Shown here: positions 1-51,252 of the stretch, piece after piece | How positions within the stretch are numbered: position 1 is the stretch's first letter | Layout of the letters: each line of letters begins with the position of its first letter | Origin: Eledone cirrhosa | Lineage: Eukaryota | Direction of reading: 5' to 3' | DNA: 64,000 bases | Assembly (NCBI GenBank): GCA_964016885.1 | Contig: OZ024747.1 | Location: 93,062,001-93,126,000, forward strand | Notes under the pieces: model-generated | Database searches by the model: none | What the model was told of the DNA's origin: nothing | The model's input: the letters and a program-made list of their open reading frames with translations, nothing else | Made by a program: the position numbers and the translations under genes

Positions 1-2390
1 ACAACCACACACCAACAACAATAACGACCACACAACAACAACAAGAATAATAACCACACAACAACAACAATAATAACCACACAACACCAACAACAATAAC
101 AACCACACAACACCAACCACAATAATAACCACACAACAACAATAACAACCACACAACACCAACAACAATAATAACCACACAACACCAACAACAATAACAA
201 CCACACAAAACCAACAACAATAACAACCACACAACAACAACAATAATAACCACACAACAACAATAATAACCACACAACAACAATAACAACCACACAGCAC
301 CAACAACAATAACAACCACACAGCACCAACAACAATAACAACCACACAACAACAACAACAATAACCACACAACACCAACAACAATAATAACCACACAACA
401 ACAACAATAACAACCACACAGCACCAACAACAATAACAACCACACAACAATAATAACAACACAACACCAACAACAATAACAACCACACAACAACAACAAC
501 AATAATAACCACACAACAACAACAACAAGAATAACACAACAACAACAATAATAACAACACAACACCAACAACAATAATAACCACACAACACCAACAACAA
601 TAACAACCACACAACACCCACAACAATAATAACCACACAGCAACAACAACAACCACCACACAACAACAACAACTAACAACCACACAGCACCAACAATAAC
701 AACCACAACAACAACAACAATAATAACCACACAACACCAACAACAATAACAACCACACAACAACAACAATAACCACACAACACCCACAACAACCACACAA
801 CACCAACAACAATAACAACCACACAACACCAACAACAATAACAACCACATAACAACAACAATAACAACCACACAACACCAACAACAATAATAACCACACA
901 CCAACAATAACAACCACAACACCAACAACAATAACAACCACACAGCACCAACAACAATAACAACCACACAGCACCAACAACAATAACAACCACACAACAC
1001 CAACAACAATAACAACCACACAACACCAACAACAATAATAACCACACAACAACAATAACAACCACACAACAACAACAATAACCACACAACAATAACAACC
1101 ACACAACAACAACAACAATAACCACACAACACCAACAACAATAATAACCACACAACAACAACAATAACAACCACACAGCACCAACAACAATAACAACCAC
1201 ACAACAACAATAATAACCACACAACAACAACAACAACAATAATAACAACACAACACCAACAACAATAACAACCACACAACAACAACAATAATAACCACAC
1301 AACAACAACAACAATAATAACCACACAACAACAACAACAATAATAACAACACAACACCAACAACACAACACCAACAACAATAATAACCACACAACGCCAA
1401 CAACAATAACAACCACATAATAACCACACGGCAACAACAACAACCACCACACAACAACAACAACAATAACAACCACACAGCACTAACAATAACAACCACA
1501 ACAACAACAACAATAATAACCACACAACACCAACAACCATGCAACACCCACAACAATAACAACCACACAACAACAATAACAACCACACAACACCAACAAC
1601 AATAACAACCACACAACACCAACAACCACACAACACTAACAACAATAATAACCACACAATAACAACCACACAACACCAACAATAATAACCACACAACAAC
1701 AACAATAATAACCACACAACACCAACAACAATAACAACCACACAACAACAACAATAACCACACAACACCCACAACAACCACACAACACCAACAACAATAA
1801 TAACCACACAACAACAATAACAACCACACAACACCAACAACAATAACAACCACATAACAACAACAATAACAACCACACAACACCAACAACAATAACAACC
1901 ACAACACCAACAACAATAACAACCACACAGCACCAACAACAATAACAACCACACAGCACCAACAACAATAACAACCACACAGCACCAACAACAATAACAA
2001 CCACACAACACCAACAACAATAATAACCACACAACACCAACAACAATAACAACCACACAACACCAACAACAATAATAACCACACAACACCAACAACAATA
2101 ATAACCACACAACAACAATAACAACCACACAACAACAACAATAACCACACAACAATAACAACCACACAACAACAATAACAACCACACAACAATAACCACA
2201 CAACACCCACAACAATAACAACCACACAACACCAACAACAATAATAACCACACACCAATAACAACCACACAGCACCAACAACAACAACAACCACACAGCA
2301 CCAACAACAACAATAACCACACAACAACAATAACCACACAACAACAATAATAACCACACAACACCAACAACAATAACCACACAACAACAA
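1..2390. repeat. Complex (CAA/CAC/TAA)-derived minisatellite with roughly 17-29-bp units such as caacaataacaaccacacaacac
   Basis: Continuous A/C-rich degenerate tandem array running off the window start; source of the V/L/C/W ORFs on the - strand. Confidence 0.95.
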
Positions 2391-2900
2391 AGTCAATTAA
2401 ATCAACCTCAGTGCATTACTGGTGCTTTATTTTATCCACCCCGTATGAATGAAAGGCAAAGCTAACCTTGGCAGGATTTGAAATCAGAATGTAAAGCGAC
2501 ATAACTCTATGCTGCAAAGCATCGTGTCCAACACTCTACTGGTTCTACCAATCTACCACTCTGACACCCCATATCACAATAAGAACCTTAACCCTGCCTA
2601 TGATTTTCAAATAATCCAGTATTTGGGGTCTTATTTAGTAATATAACTAACTTCCACATGATTAATTACGCTGGTGTTTTGGAACATATTAAAAGAGTTT
2701 TATATAAAATTATAATTGTTTCTACTTTAGGCACAAGGCCAGCAATTACCCAGTGCATTACTGGTACTTTATTTTATCGACCCCATAAGGATGAAAGGCA
2801 AAGTCAACCTCGGCGGGATTTGAACTCAGATCATAAAGGGACGTAACTATGCTGGAAAGCATGGCGTCCGACCCTCTACCGATACTGCCAATCCACAATG
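2391..2900 (-). mobile_element. Two copies of tRNA-derived SINE family A (about 2391-2565 and 2716-2900)
   Basis: Reverse complement of gagttcaaatcccgccgaggttaactttgcctttcatcc...ggggtcgataaaataaagtaccagt, the same as the 4685-4910 copy. Confidence 0.85.
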
Positions 2901-3349
2901 TAAGGTTTTTAGATAAATATAAATATTTAAAAACAAAGTTTTGTATTGTATAACCAATGATAGATTCAGGCAGTTTGGTATCAAAAGGGTTACATAACAC
3001 CCTGTTAGGATGATGTGACACACCTGTTTTGTATATCTGAACAAAACAAGGGTAACACCCAGGTATAATTCCAAACTACCAACGAGGGACTACAAGACTC
3101 CATACACACAGTTCCCATGACAGTTCACTTCAGTTCCTATTTATAGTTTCGCCTAGTCCACTTTTAGTTACACATGGGTATTCAGGATTTTTTCCTCCAC
3201 AACACACCCACACTCGAACAATTTTCATTTGGTTTATTATTTTTATTTATTTGATACTGAGTTTTATTTATTTTGTAACTGGAATGATATTTTTTTACTT
3301 TGCTTTGTGGAGTGGTTTTTTTTTTTGTTTTTGTTGTTGTTGCTCTATT

Positions 3350-3930
3350 ATACATTGTACAATACATGTGTATGTACCTTTATATATTGCATATGTGTAT
3401 ATATTGTATAATGTATGTGCTGCCTACATGTATGTACTGCATATGTGTATGTACCTTTATATATTGCATATGTGTATGTACTGCGTTATGTCTGGCATGA
3501 TGTATGTACTGTATAATGTATGCACTACACACTTTCCTGGCATTTGTACATTAATCTTATGTACTATACATATGCACCTTTGATGAGTTGTAGTGCACCT
3601 GAGCACTGTACACAATAATTTCATTATTATTATTATATATGTATGTACTGTATATATAATATGTATTATATGTATATTTTGTGTGTGTATATATATATAT
3701 ACACACACACTCTATAGATGTATGTACTGTATATATATATATATATGTACTGTATATATATGTATGTATTGTATATATGTATGTACTCTATATATATCTA
3801 TGTGCTACATATATATGTACTGTATATATTATGTATATACTACATATATATATGTATGTACTGTATATATTATGTATATACTACATATATATATGTATGT
3901 ACTGTATATAATATGTATTGCATATATCTA
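3350..3930. repeat. (TA)n/(TATG)n low-complexity tract containing a CR1-like 3' tail fragment (about 3530-3635)
   Basis: Simple repeats; gttgtagtgcacctgagcactgtacacaataatttcattattatt is shared with 6425-6475 and 55680-55720. Confidence 0.8.
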
Positions 3931-4329
3931 TGTTGACTTTGCTTCTTGGTGGAACATGCTCTACTGTGCTTTTTTGAAGATTGTAAAAGTATTGTTGCTT
4001 TGTTCATTGACGTGTGTGTTGTGATGATGATGATAATGGTGGTGGTGAAAATGGTTTGATGATGATGATAGTTAGATGGTGTTGATGGTTTGATGTCTGA
4101 GAACAGTTGGGAGATTGTTTACCATGTGGTTTCATTTAGCAGGTGTGTGATACTTAAGTTGTTATCTGGGAAAAAGATGTTGTAATTAGCTTGGTGAAGT
4201 ACCTGTGGGGTGGGGGTGTTGAAGAAAGTTCCTGTCATTTGAATCATGCATCTCCAATGCTTAAACAAATCTCCCTCTGCATAATCTCTCTCTCTCTCAG
4301 TTCCTTTCATTTGACTCCTAAATCTCCAA

Positions 4330-4552
4330 CCCTTTAGCATTGAAACCGGCTGTATCTGGCTAAAATTTTCTCACCTCTTTCTGTTCAAACTGGCTGTAAC
4401 TGGCCACTCACACTGATGTTAAGGTATTGTTCTCAAAATAAATAACATCAAAATTTCATAGATTTGATATTATGTGAGATAATTATGTAAGATAAAGCCT
4501 TTACCACAAAAATACAATAATATATAGAGAGTAATGAAAATGCTAAAGGGTT
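4330..4552. mobile_element. piggyBac-like MITE family P (TIR CCCTTTAGCATT)
   Basis: ccctttagcatt ... aatgctaaaggg termini; same body as the 8608, 36516 and 41583 copies. Confidence 0.8.
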
Positions 4553-4684
4553 AGACATATCTCCCTCTGCATAGTATTTTAGAGACACAAAATACTTGAC
4601 TTTGAAACCTATGATCTGATTGTACCACTGCTTATATTAGTTAGATATCTTGCCTCTAAAATTATTATTATTATAGAAATCATA

Positions 4685-4910
4685 AAGGCTGGTGGATTGG
4701 CAGTATCGGTAGAGGGTCGGACGTCATGCTTTACAGCATAGAGTTATGGCCCTTTATGATCTGAGTTCAAATCCCGCCAAGGTTAACTTTGCCTTTCATC
4801 CTGACGGGGTCGATAAAATAAAGTACCAGTCACACACTGGGGTCGATTAAATCGACTTTCCCCTCCCCTCAAATTACTGGCCTTGTGCCTATATAAGAAA
4901 CCATTATTAT
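4685..4910 (+). mobile_element. Full-length tRNA-derived SINE family A; central domain resembles widespread Meta-type SINE domains (inferred)
   Basis: A-box-like tggcagtatcggtag, B-box gagttcaaatccc, central gcctttcatcc...ggggtcgataaaataaagtacc and (TTA)n tail; more than 12 copies in the window. Confidence 0.85.
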
Positions 4911-5969
4911 AGATATCATAGTGGTTTATTATAGACATCTAGAAATAAGATGATTGTCTTGTTCACTATCAATTTCTGTTAATGGAAAATTTTCAACTTA
5001 GCTGTAATATTAATATCATGGCTGACATAATTTTGTATTAATGTATTAATCTTTCCAGTTGACAGTGTGATTGAAGATTTTCAGTAATCTGGGAGAACAC
5101 TGCCACATCATTTTATATATTATATAAAATGTACTTCAGACCACTTTAGTTAAGAAATTTAGGTTTACCCATATAAAAATCCATATATATATCAATTAAT
5201 GTTATTCTTAACTTCCCAGTTAATCTTGAGAGCTGTCTGAGTGTAAAGTTATATAAATGATATTGAAAATTAGATATATTTGCTTTTCTTGTGTAATGTA
5301 CTATGTTTGAATTGAAGAGGAACTTAAGAAGAAGGAAATACAGTCTGAGTACTTTATATATATATATATACTTGAGGTCGGACTATGTGTATCATTTCTT
5401 GAATGACTTTGGTTGATATGTGGTTTTATTACTTCTGTATTTAACCATGGCAAATCGTTAAATTTTAGTTGCTTGCAAAATATTAAATTACACTTGTTAT
5501 ATAATACTATAAATATATATAGTTTAAAATTAGATATTTTGGTTTAATTTATAGAATTCTCAGTCTAATTTACCAGTTCCATATAAGTATAAGCACAAAC
5601 GTTTATATATTGGATCATACGATTCATTATATCTATTAAGGAAGATTAACTGCAAAGCATATATTATTAAATGCACATGTGCACAAGTATATGTGCTTCA
5701 GCATATCTTTGAGCATGTGCAAATGCATAAACACATACACAGAACAGCTTATTAAGATTTTGTAGTGACCTGATTTAAGTCATGCTTATGGGGTAGAAGG
5801 AAAAAATATTCATAGTTGGCTTGTTAGAAATGGAAGCTATTGTTTTCATTTGAAAAACTATTATAAGAAATGTTTTCTGGTCAGTATTTGATAACATATT
5901 AGAGTAGGATTGATGGGAATATTTTTCTTCGTTTTAAATTTTATTATTTAACTTTCATTTTTGTTTCAG

Positions 5970-43171
<37,202 letters not shown>

Positions 43172-44052
43172 TTCAGTTTTATTAATTCATTTCTTTTCAT
43201 CTATTATTAATTTTAATGGTTTTTTGGACAATGTTAATATTTTTTCATATATATTGGGGAAAGAGTAAGATGTCAAACAGAGTTATTAAGGATTTTTTCA
43301 CTCTAAAAGTAGAAAAATGTCTATATATTTAGTATTTTTCAATGAATGTATGCGAATGAAATATTTTTAAAAAATATGTATAAAGAAAATGTGGTTATGA
43401 AAGAGCAGCATTAAATATTAGCATGAGTATTGAAGACCTACAAGATCGTTTCATGCAAAAATCATCTCTTATTAGAACTTTATTAAGCATTAACTATTTT
43501 GTTATTTTATGAATTCTGGTGCACTCAGAAAGTTAAATACTAAGAAAAGTGTTATTTTTATGGATTTTTTTAAAATACAATTCTGAGTTGTAGATGTTTG
43601 GCAAGAGATTTGACCTGTGATTGTATGTTGAAAGGTAAACAATTGCTTCATAATAGTCGTGATGATCATTTAAATCACACATATACATTTTACATATATT
43701 CACTTTTGTTTTCTAAGGGCACTATATAATAGTATTATATACATATATAGTGTTATATGTTATTATAATATATATGAAGTCTCACAATTTGTTGTATCTG
43801 GTTGTATCTAGTCACAAACACTCTAAGGAACAGTGTGTCACTGATTACATACTAGATGTATGACAATGGACTTCCTTACTTAATTGTGTATAATACTATA
43901 AATAACTAAAAATGAATATGACTGTATATGTGTGTTTTAAATGGCTATCATTACTTGGGTTTTGCCATTTAATGGCACCTCAGATAGTGTCATGATATTC
44001 CATGAAATAGCAAAACTTGAGTTGTAATGTGACATTGTAATATTCAACTATT

Positions 44053-44058
44053 AATAAA
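44053..44058 (+). promoter_or_regulatory. Candidate polyadenylation signal of TM9SF1 (alternative AATAAA at 44140-44145)
   Basis: AATAAA about 880 nt after the stop, following largely repeat-free AT-rich 3'UTR-like sequence, with a T/GT-rich tract downstream. Confidence 0.5.
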
Positions 44059-44361
44059 CAAAAATATATTGTACTGTACCAGTACACATTGACTTCTGTT
44101 TTGCTTTATGATTGTTTTAAGTGTATCTATATGTTTGTAAATAAAACCGTTATTGCTCCAAACAGTATACAGCCCCTCAGCAAACACCCTAAACCGAACA
44201 CCAAAATGTACCCATAAATCAAACACTGACCAGCTGCAGTTGTTGTATTACATAGTATATATATATATGTGTGTATGCTAGGTAATTCTGAAGAAAAAGC
44301 AAAGGAAAAAAGAGTGCTCTATGTATAGAACAGAGCTATTTAATTAGAAAGTGAACAACAC

Positions 44362-44529
44362 AATATATATATATGTATGTATATATGTGTATATGTATAT
44401 ATATATATATGTGTATATGTATATATATATATATGCACATATATATATGTATATATATATATATGCATATATATATATATATATATATGTATGTATATAT
44501 GTATATATATATATATATGTATGTATATA

Positions 44530-44565
<36 letters not shown>

Positions 44566-44753
44566 TATATGTATATATGTATGTATATATGTATATATAT
44601 GTATGTATATATGTATATATATATATATGTATGTATATATGTATATATATGTATGTATATATGTATATATATATATATATGTGTATATATGTATATATAT
44701 GTATGTATATATGTATATATATATATATATATGTGTATATATGTATATATATA

Positions 44754-44786
<33 letters not shown>

Positions 44787-44998
44787 ATATATATATATAT
44801 ATGTATATATAAATGTATGTATGTATATATGTATATATAAATGTATGTATGTATGTATGTATATATGTATATATATGTATATATGTATGTATGTATATAT
44901 GTATATATGTATATATATGCACATATGTATATATAAATGTGTATGTATGTATATATGTATATATATGCACATATATATATGTGTATATATAAATGTAT
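44362..44998. repeat. (TA)n/(TATG)n microsatellite
   Basis: Direct inspection. Confidence 0.95.
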
Positions 44999-46218
44999 GT
45001 CTAAGACTAAAGTTCTAGTTTGTAGGAAGGAAAATAGGGCACCGGTCCCATCTGGGAAATGGCCATGCTCTGTGTGTAGGAAAGGAGTAGGCAGAAACTC
45101 CATTTTATGTCCCAAATGCAAAGTATGGGTGCATAAAAGATGTAGTGGGATCGCAGGTAAGCTAACTAAGAATATAGATTTTATATGTGGCCGGTGCTCT
45201 GGTGCAATAAGTAGCAGCAAGTGCCCACAAAATACTAGCTCATTCCATTGCACAGATGGTTCTATAGAAATAGTGGACAGCTTCCGTTACCTGGGTGACA
45301 AAATCAGCAGTGGGGGAGGGTGCTCTGAAAGTACAGTAGCTAGAGTCAGAACTGGATGGAAAAAGTTCAGAGAGCTTATACCACTATTGGCCGCTAAAGG
45401 GTTCTCTCTAAAAATGAAAGGCAGGTTGTATGATGCCTGCATATGAACAGCAATGTTGCATGGCAGTGAGACCTGGGCATTGTGTGCAGAGGATATACGC
45501 AGACTGGAGAGAAACGAAGCTTGCATGCTCCGCTGGATGTGTAATAGTAATATACGTGAACGACAAAGCATAAACGAACTAAGGGAGAAATTAGGAATAA
45601 GAGGGATCAGATGTTTACTCGAGAGAAGACTACGTTGGTACGGTCACGTGATGCGCATGAAAGACGACAGCTGTATAAAAAAGTGCGGGGCGATAAAAAT
45701 AGACGGTAGCCACGGAGTAGGCAGACCCAGAAAAACCTGGGACGACTTGATAAATTCCGACCTCACACACTTACACCTCTCCAAGACAATGTCATTGAAC
45801 CAAGATCTTTGGCGCTACACAGTTATACAGAAGACCCACCTTGCCTAAGTACAAAGCGAAACCTACAGTCAGTAGGCACCTCTAACAAAATACACCCCGT
45901 CCCACTACCCCCACCCCATCCACACCACCTCCTTAAATGTGAAGTTATGTTGGTACCACAACATCCAGTCCGAAACAAATGAGGTCGTGTAGGTGTCACA
46001 ACAAAAAAACACAGTTCACGCTGTAATGTGGCCGTGTAGGTAACACGGTAAAAACCTCCCAGTACACACTGTAAACGTGGTTGGTGTTGGGAAGGGCACC
46101 CAGCCGTAGAAAACCCGCCAGACGGTCCTACACGAGCAGGACAACCAATCTTGCCTCAAGTGGGAAAACTCCCGTCCAAACCCATGCAAGCGTGGAAGAT
46201 GGACGTTAAACGATGATG
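44999..46218 (+). mobile_element. 5'-truncated RTE-clade LINE (PHD-like finger, thumb/C-terminus, 3'UTR, (GAT)n tail), one internal stop; a second 3' copy lies at 46305-46828
   Basis: [86 protein letters not shown]. Confidence 0.92.
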
Positions 46219-47344
46219 GGTATATATATATGCACATATATATATATGTATATATAAATGTATGTATGTATATATATATATATATGTATATGTATAAAAA
46301 AAAAAGTGCAGGGCGATCAAAATTGATGGAAGCTACAGAGTAGGCAGACCCAGAAAACCCTGGGATGATTTGATAAATTCCGACCTCACACACTTACACC
46401 ACTCCAAGACAATGTCACTGGACCAAGATCTTTGGCGCTACAAAATAATACGGGAGACTCACCTTGCCTATATACAAAGCGAAACCTACAGTCAGTAGGC
46501 ACCTCTTAACCAAATATATACCCCATCCCACTACCCCTACTCCATCCACCAACACCACCCTTTTTCTGTAAAGTTATGTTGGTACCACAACATCCAGTCC
46601 AAAATAAATGAGGTCGTGTAGGTGTCACAAACAAAATACACACAGACCACACTGTAATGTGGCCATGTAGGTAACACGGTAAAAACCTCCCAGTCCACAC
46701 TGTAAACGTGGTTGGTGTTAGGAAGGGCATCCAGCCATAGAAAACCTGCCAGACAGTCCTAAATGAGCGAGACATGGTCACCTGACAATTCTTGCCTCAA
46801 GTAGGACAACTCCCGTCTGAAACCCATGTTTGATTCAAACAGACAAGGCTGTTTACATCACAGAGCAAGGGGAGTAACTCTGACCGGTGTTTGAATAAGT
46901 GTCCTTAAATGGCTTATTATCCGTTCACATGATTGTTTTTCCACTACTATTTTATGGGTGCCAATTTACTACTTGCTTAGTCAGGCCGGATCTAAGAGGC
47001 TTAGTTGGTGTACAGATGTTTAGTTATGCACCCTGCCCTCTGGCATGTTATGGTTTACCGCAGGGGGGCCTGGTTTATAGTGTTCAGATATCAACCGGGG
47101 TCCAACCATAGAATGACTGCTGTATTCTGTGTCCGCAGTTTATCACAGATTCTGCTCTGCTGTTGATGAGACCTAGGGGTGCTCTTACGATACGGTAAAG
47201 CTCCATGAGACAGAGCTGTATATATATATGTATATATATATATATATATATATAGTAATAATAATAAATTTGAAGACTAAAATCCAAAGAGGGCTCGATA
47301 AGGATAAATATATAAGAACCGTAGAGCTAATATTTATTAAAATA

Positions 47345-47420
47345 ACAGATTAAAGTTTAAGCAAAGAATCGCTGCTTTCACCCTTAACGGGATCTTCTGA
47401 AACTAACAAAGTCAATCTGT
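47345..47420 (-). ncRNA. Candidate extended type I hammerhead with variant core CAGAAGA (copy 2)
   Basis: - strand ACAGAUUGA-cuuuguu-AGUUU-CAGAAGA-U-CCC-GUUAA-GGG-U-GAA-AGCAG-CGAUUCU-UUGCU-U-AAACU-UUAAUCUGU. Confidence 0.6.
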
Positions 47421-47618
47421 GAACGCACAAGTGAATATTTCAAAAGACGTTGCAACCGGAGGATGACAGGAAGACGATACTTTGGTTCGTGGAAATGTTC
47501 CCTGGCAAAGAACGGGAAAAAACAAATATAATACGTCATAATTTGGAGCGGTGAAAAACAATTACACGCAAAGACAAAACCACGTTTATGGTATAAAAGA
47601 ATTCGTAAACTAATATTC

Positions 47619-47651
<33 letters not shown>

Positions 47652-47712
47652 ATATATATATATATACAAATATATGTGTGTATATGCACATATATATATA
47701 TATAAAGAGAGA

Positions 47713-48905
47713 GAGGAGCAATTATGGGGGTATAAAGCTGATGGATCAGGTTATGAAAGTGGCAGAGAGAATATTAACGCAATTGATTAGAGAAAGGGTC
47801 AAATTAGATGAGATGCAGTTTGGTTTTGTGGCTCGGAAAAGTACAACAGATGCCATCTTCTTAATGTGGCAACTACAAGAGAGGTTCTTAGGGAAGAATA
47901 AGCCACTATACTTAGCTTTTGTTGACCTAGAGAAGGCCTTTGATAGGGTACCCCCGTGCCTTATCAAAGGCCTTCTGGTGGTCCCTAAGGAAATTTGGTG
48001 TAGAGGAATGGCTTGTGAGGACAGTGCAAACTTTGTATAGAGGTGCTATCAGTAAAGTCAGGGTAGGAATGGGGTTTAGTGAGGAATTCCAGATACAAGT
48101 AGGAGTACATCAGGGTGTGGTCCTCAGCTCGCTCTTGTTCATTATAGTCCTCCAAGCCATAACAGAGGAGACAGGGAACTTCTCTATGCTGACGATCTGG
48201 TTCTTATAGCAGAATCAGAGCTAGACAATAAATTCTGGCTATGGAAACAGCAGTTGGAAGCAAGAGGACTGAGAGTCTAACGTAGCTAAGACAAGTGTTG
48301 ATGAGTAGAAAAGAGGACAAAACTCCAATTCCATCAGGGAAATGGCCATGCTGGATGTGCAGAAAAGGAACTGGCATAAATTCTACAAAATGCACACAGT
48401 GCAGATCTTGGGTACACAAGAGATGTAGTGGGATAGCAGGCAAACTAACAGGTAGGGAGAAATACATGCAGTAGATGTACAGAGAAATTTGACTGTAGAA
48501 GTTGCATTGATAGACACATTTTTCAAATGCAGGTGGGTGCTATAGAAGTGGTGGATAGCTTCCGGTACCTAGGAGATCAGATTAGCATGGGAGGGGTGTT
48601 CCAAGGCCATAGTATCTAGAATAAGGACGAGTTGGAAGAAGTTTAGAGAGCTGCTTCCTCTGTTGACAAAGAAGAGTTTCTCGCTGCGTACGAAAGGACG
48701 GTTATATGATGTGCGATGCTGCATGGTAGTGAGATATGGGCAGCAAATGCAGAGGATATGAGACGTCTGGAGAGAAATGAAGCAAACAAGCTCCGTTGGA
48801 TATGCGTGAACGACCGAGCATAGATGTGTTGAGAGAGAAACTGTCTGAGAGGGATAGATTGTAGTGTGCGAGAGAGTAGACTGGTATGGACATGTGATGT
48901 ACATG
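47713..48905 (+). mobile_element. RTE LINE reverse transcriptase pseudogene fragment (frameshifted)
   Basis: NYGGIKL..QFGF..STTDAIF..FVDLEKAFDRVP..VGVHQG..LLF..LYADDLVL, then PHD-like [17 protein letters not shown]. Confidence 0.92.
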
Positions 48906-49161
48906 GTTGGTCAGGTGCACAGTGGGCGATGTTTGTACAAACACAAATTCCTTTTTTTTTGTCTCCCGCTCACACAATTTGAAAATGCATAAAATGCTGA
49001 AACCGGTAATTGTTAATTAATAAATTAATTAATTGATGTTATTATTAATTAACAAATAAATTAATTAATGTTTTGACACTTCACAGAAAGTAAAATAATG
49101 TTTTAAACATTTTGTAACATCGGAAAAAAAAATTTTTTTCTTCCTAATAATCGTTTTTTTT

Positions 49162-49215
<54 letters not shown>

Positions 49216-49549
49216 CATATATATATATGTGTGTACTAGCCGAATTACCCGCGCTTCACACATATATACGAACACGCCAGACAAAGACGGTAATATAGTC
49301 AACATAGAAATTAAAATATATACATATATATATATACATACATATATATGTATGTGTGTGTGTATATATATATATATTTGTGTGTCTATATGTTTATGTG
49401 AATGAATGAGTATAGGATATATATATTATCTTTTTGTCTATGTGTATTTGTGTGTGTCTCTGTATATATTATATATAATATGATATATAAATATATATAT
49501 ATATCTGTGTATATATATATGTATATATATGTGTATGTGTGTGTATTAA

Positions 49550-50420
49550 ACCTACAGCTAGATTTTTATTATCTACTCTATTTCTCTTCACACACAACGA
49601 AGCCAGGCAGCTTCATTTCTCGCACACGTGTCCTCTTGTACGTAGAGAGAAACCTTTTCTTGTCAACAGTGGGTGTTGCTCCACGCCGCTGATGCTGTCC
49701 AACTCATTTCTAGAACAACGTGAAATAAAGTGTCTTGCTCAAGAACACGTCGCAAAGCCCGGACTGAGAATCGAACCCACGATCTTAAAGCCTGACAACT
49801 TCACATAAATACTTTGCGCATTGATGTCTACCTAGATTGCGCATGCGTACTTCGGATAACTTTGTTTAGGAAAAATAAAATGGCCGCCGGAAGAATTTCA
49901 TGTTTTCCAAAGTGAATAAAAAAAGTTAAAAACTTGAATTTTACTACATTTTTATTATTAATTTGATTAAAGCTATATACTTTCTACTAAGAAAAATATA
50001 TAAACCTTCTTCTCTATACAGGAAAATACCTTCCCTTTTTTTCTTCGAAGAAACCTCTATATACAGCTACATTTAAATTATCTTCTCTAATTCTTTCACA
50101 CACAACGAAACATGGCAGCTTCATTTCTCGCACATGTGTCCTTTTGTACGTAGCTAGAAACCTTTTGTTGTCCAACTAATTTCTACTGCTGTGCGATTTG
50201 GAGCAACGTGAAATAAAGTGTCTTGCGCAAGAACACAATGAAAAGCCCGGTCTGAGAATCGAACTCACGATTGTAAAACCCGATGACTTCACAAATACTT
50301 TCCGCGTGCGCATTGATGTCTACCTAGATTGCGCATGCGTACTTCGGGTAACTCTGTTTTGGAAAAATAAAACGGCCACGTTTTCTCGAACGTGAATAAA
50401 AAAAACTTGGATTTTACTAA
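49550..50420. repeat. Two diverged direct copies (about 49550-49945 and 50063-50420) of a composite repeat containing a SINE-B fragment and gattgcgcatgcgtacttcgg
   Basis: Shared blocks ggcagcttcatttctcgcaca, caacgtgaaataaagtgtcttgc and cattgatgtctacctagattgcgcatgcgtacttcgg. Confidence 0.75.
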
Positions 50421-51252
50421 TTTTGTGGAGGTAAAGTAAATTTTTATTTTATGAAACATTTTCTGTTTATTTCCTTCTATGTCAGAAATAATTATTTAAA
50501 CGTTAGTTTTGTTTAGCCTCTGCCATACCTTACATTCTAATATAATACACTCCTCTCACAAATAGCGTATTTTTTTATCATTTAAGTTGATAAATATTAT
50601 ATTTCTAGTTCCCTTCATGATATCCTCGCGTTTTGTTGTAAATTCGTTTTGGAGGACTTGCTCCTGTCACACATGATGTTGGTTTATATATTTTGGTTAT
50701 TAGTATTAAAATCTTTTGAGATCTGTCGTCTTTAGTCAGGGTGAATATCACACCCCTCTCGCATTGGCCATAATCGTAAGTTTTGAACGAATTTTTTTTT
50801 TTTAGATATCATCATCGTAATCTACGATTAACTGTTGATCAGTGTTAACTAGATCGATATCGCTTTAACTTAGTAACATTCTTAGTTTCTTTCGTTAGAT
50901 ACTTCATCTACATTCTTAGTTTTGTTTAGGGTGTATATTTCCCATAGGATCTTAGTCTTGTTTAGGGTGTATATGTCCAATAGCATTTTCTACAACCAAC
51001 TAAGCCCTGATCATCGTAAGCTTAGATTGTGAAAGAAGCAGTTTTAGGGCATAATCCCAACATCGCCAATCGCTTCAGCATCCTGGCAGGACGAACTGGG
51101 ATATCTTTAAATCAAGCGTTAACCAGTCTGCGTGCGACGTTCTGGTAAACTCAGGACCTCTTCCCAAACGGCCCTGGATTTCACCACGGACACTGGAGAT
51201 AATTGACTCTCGTCGCAACGTGTTTAAATACTGTCACCCCTCCCCGTGGTAA

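Noticed and set aside
673-2382. Hydrophobic Cys-rich ORFs on the - strand
   Set aside because: Translation of the CAA/TTG minisatellite.
4685-4790. tRNA gene
   Set aside because: A and B boxes are present but there is no complete cloverleaf; it continues into a multi-copy SINE body.
47100-47220. HDV-like ribozyme at the head of an unknown - strand element (GCUCUGU/GCAGAGC stem)
   Set aside because: A P1-like stem exists, but P2, P3 and L3 could not be fitted convincingly by eye.
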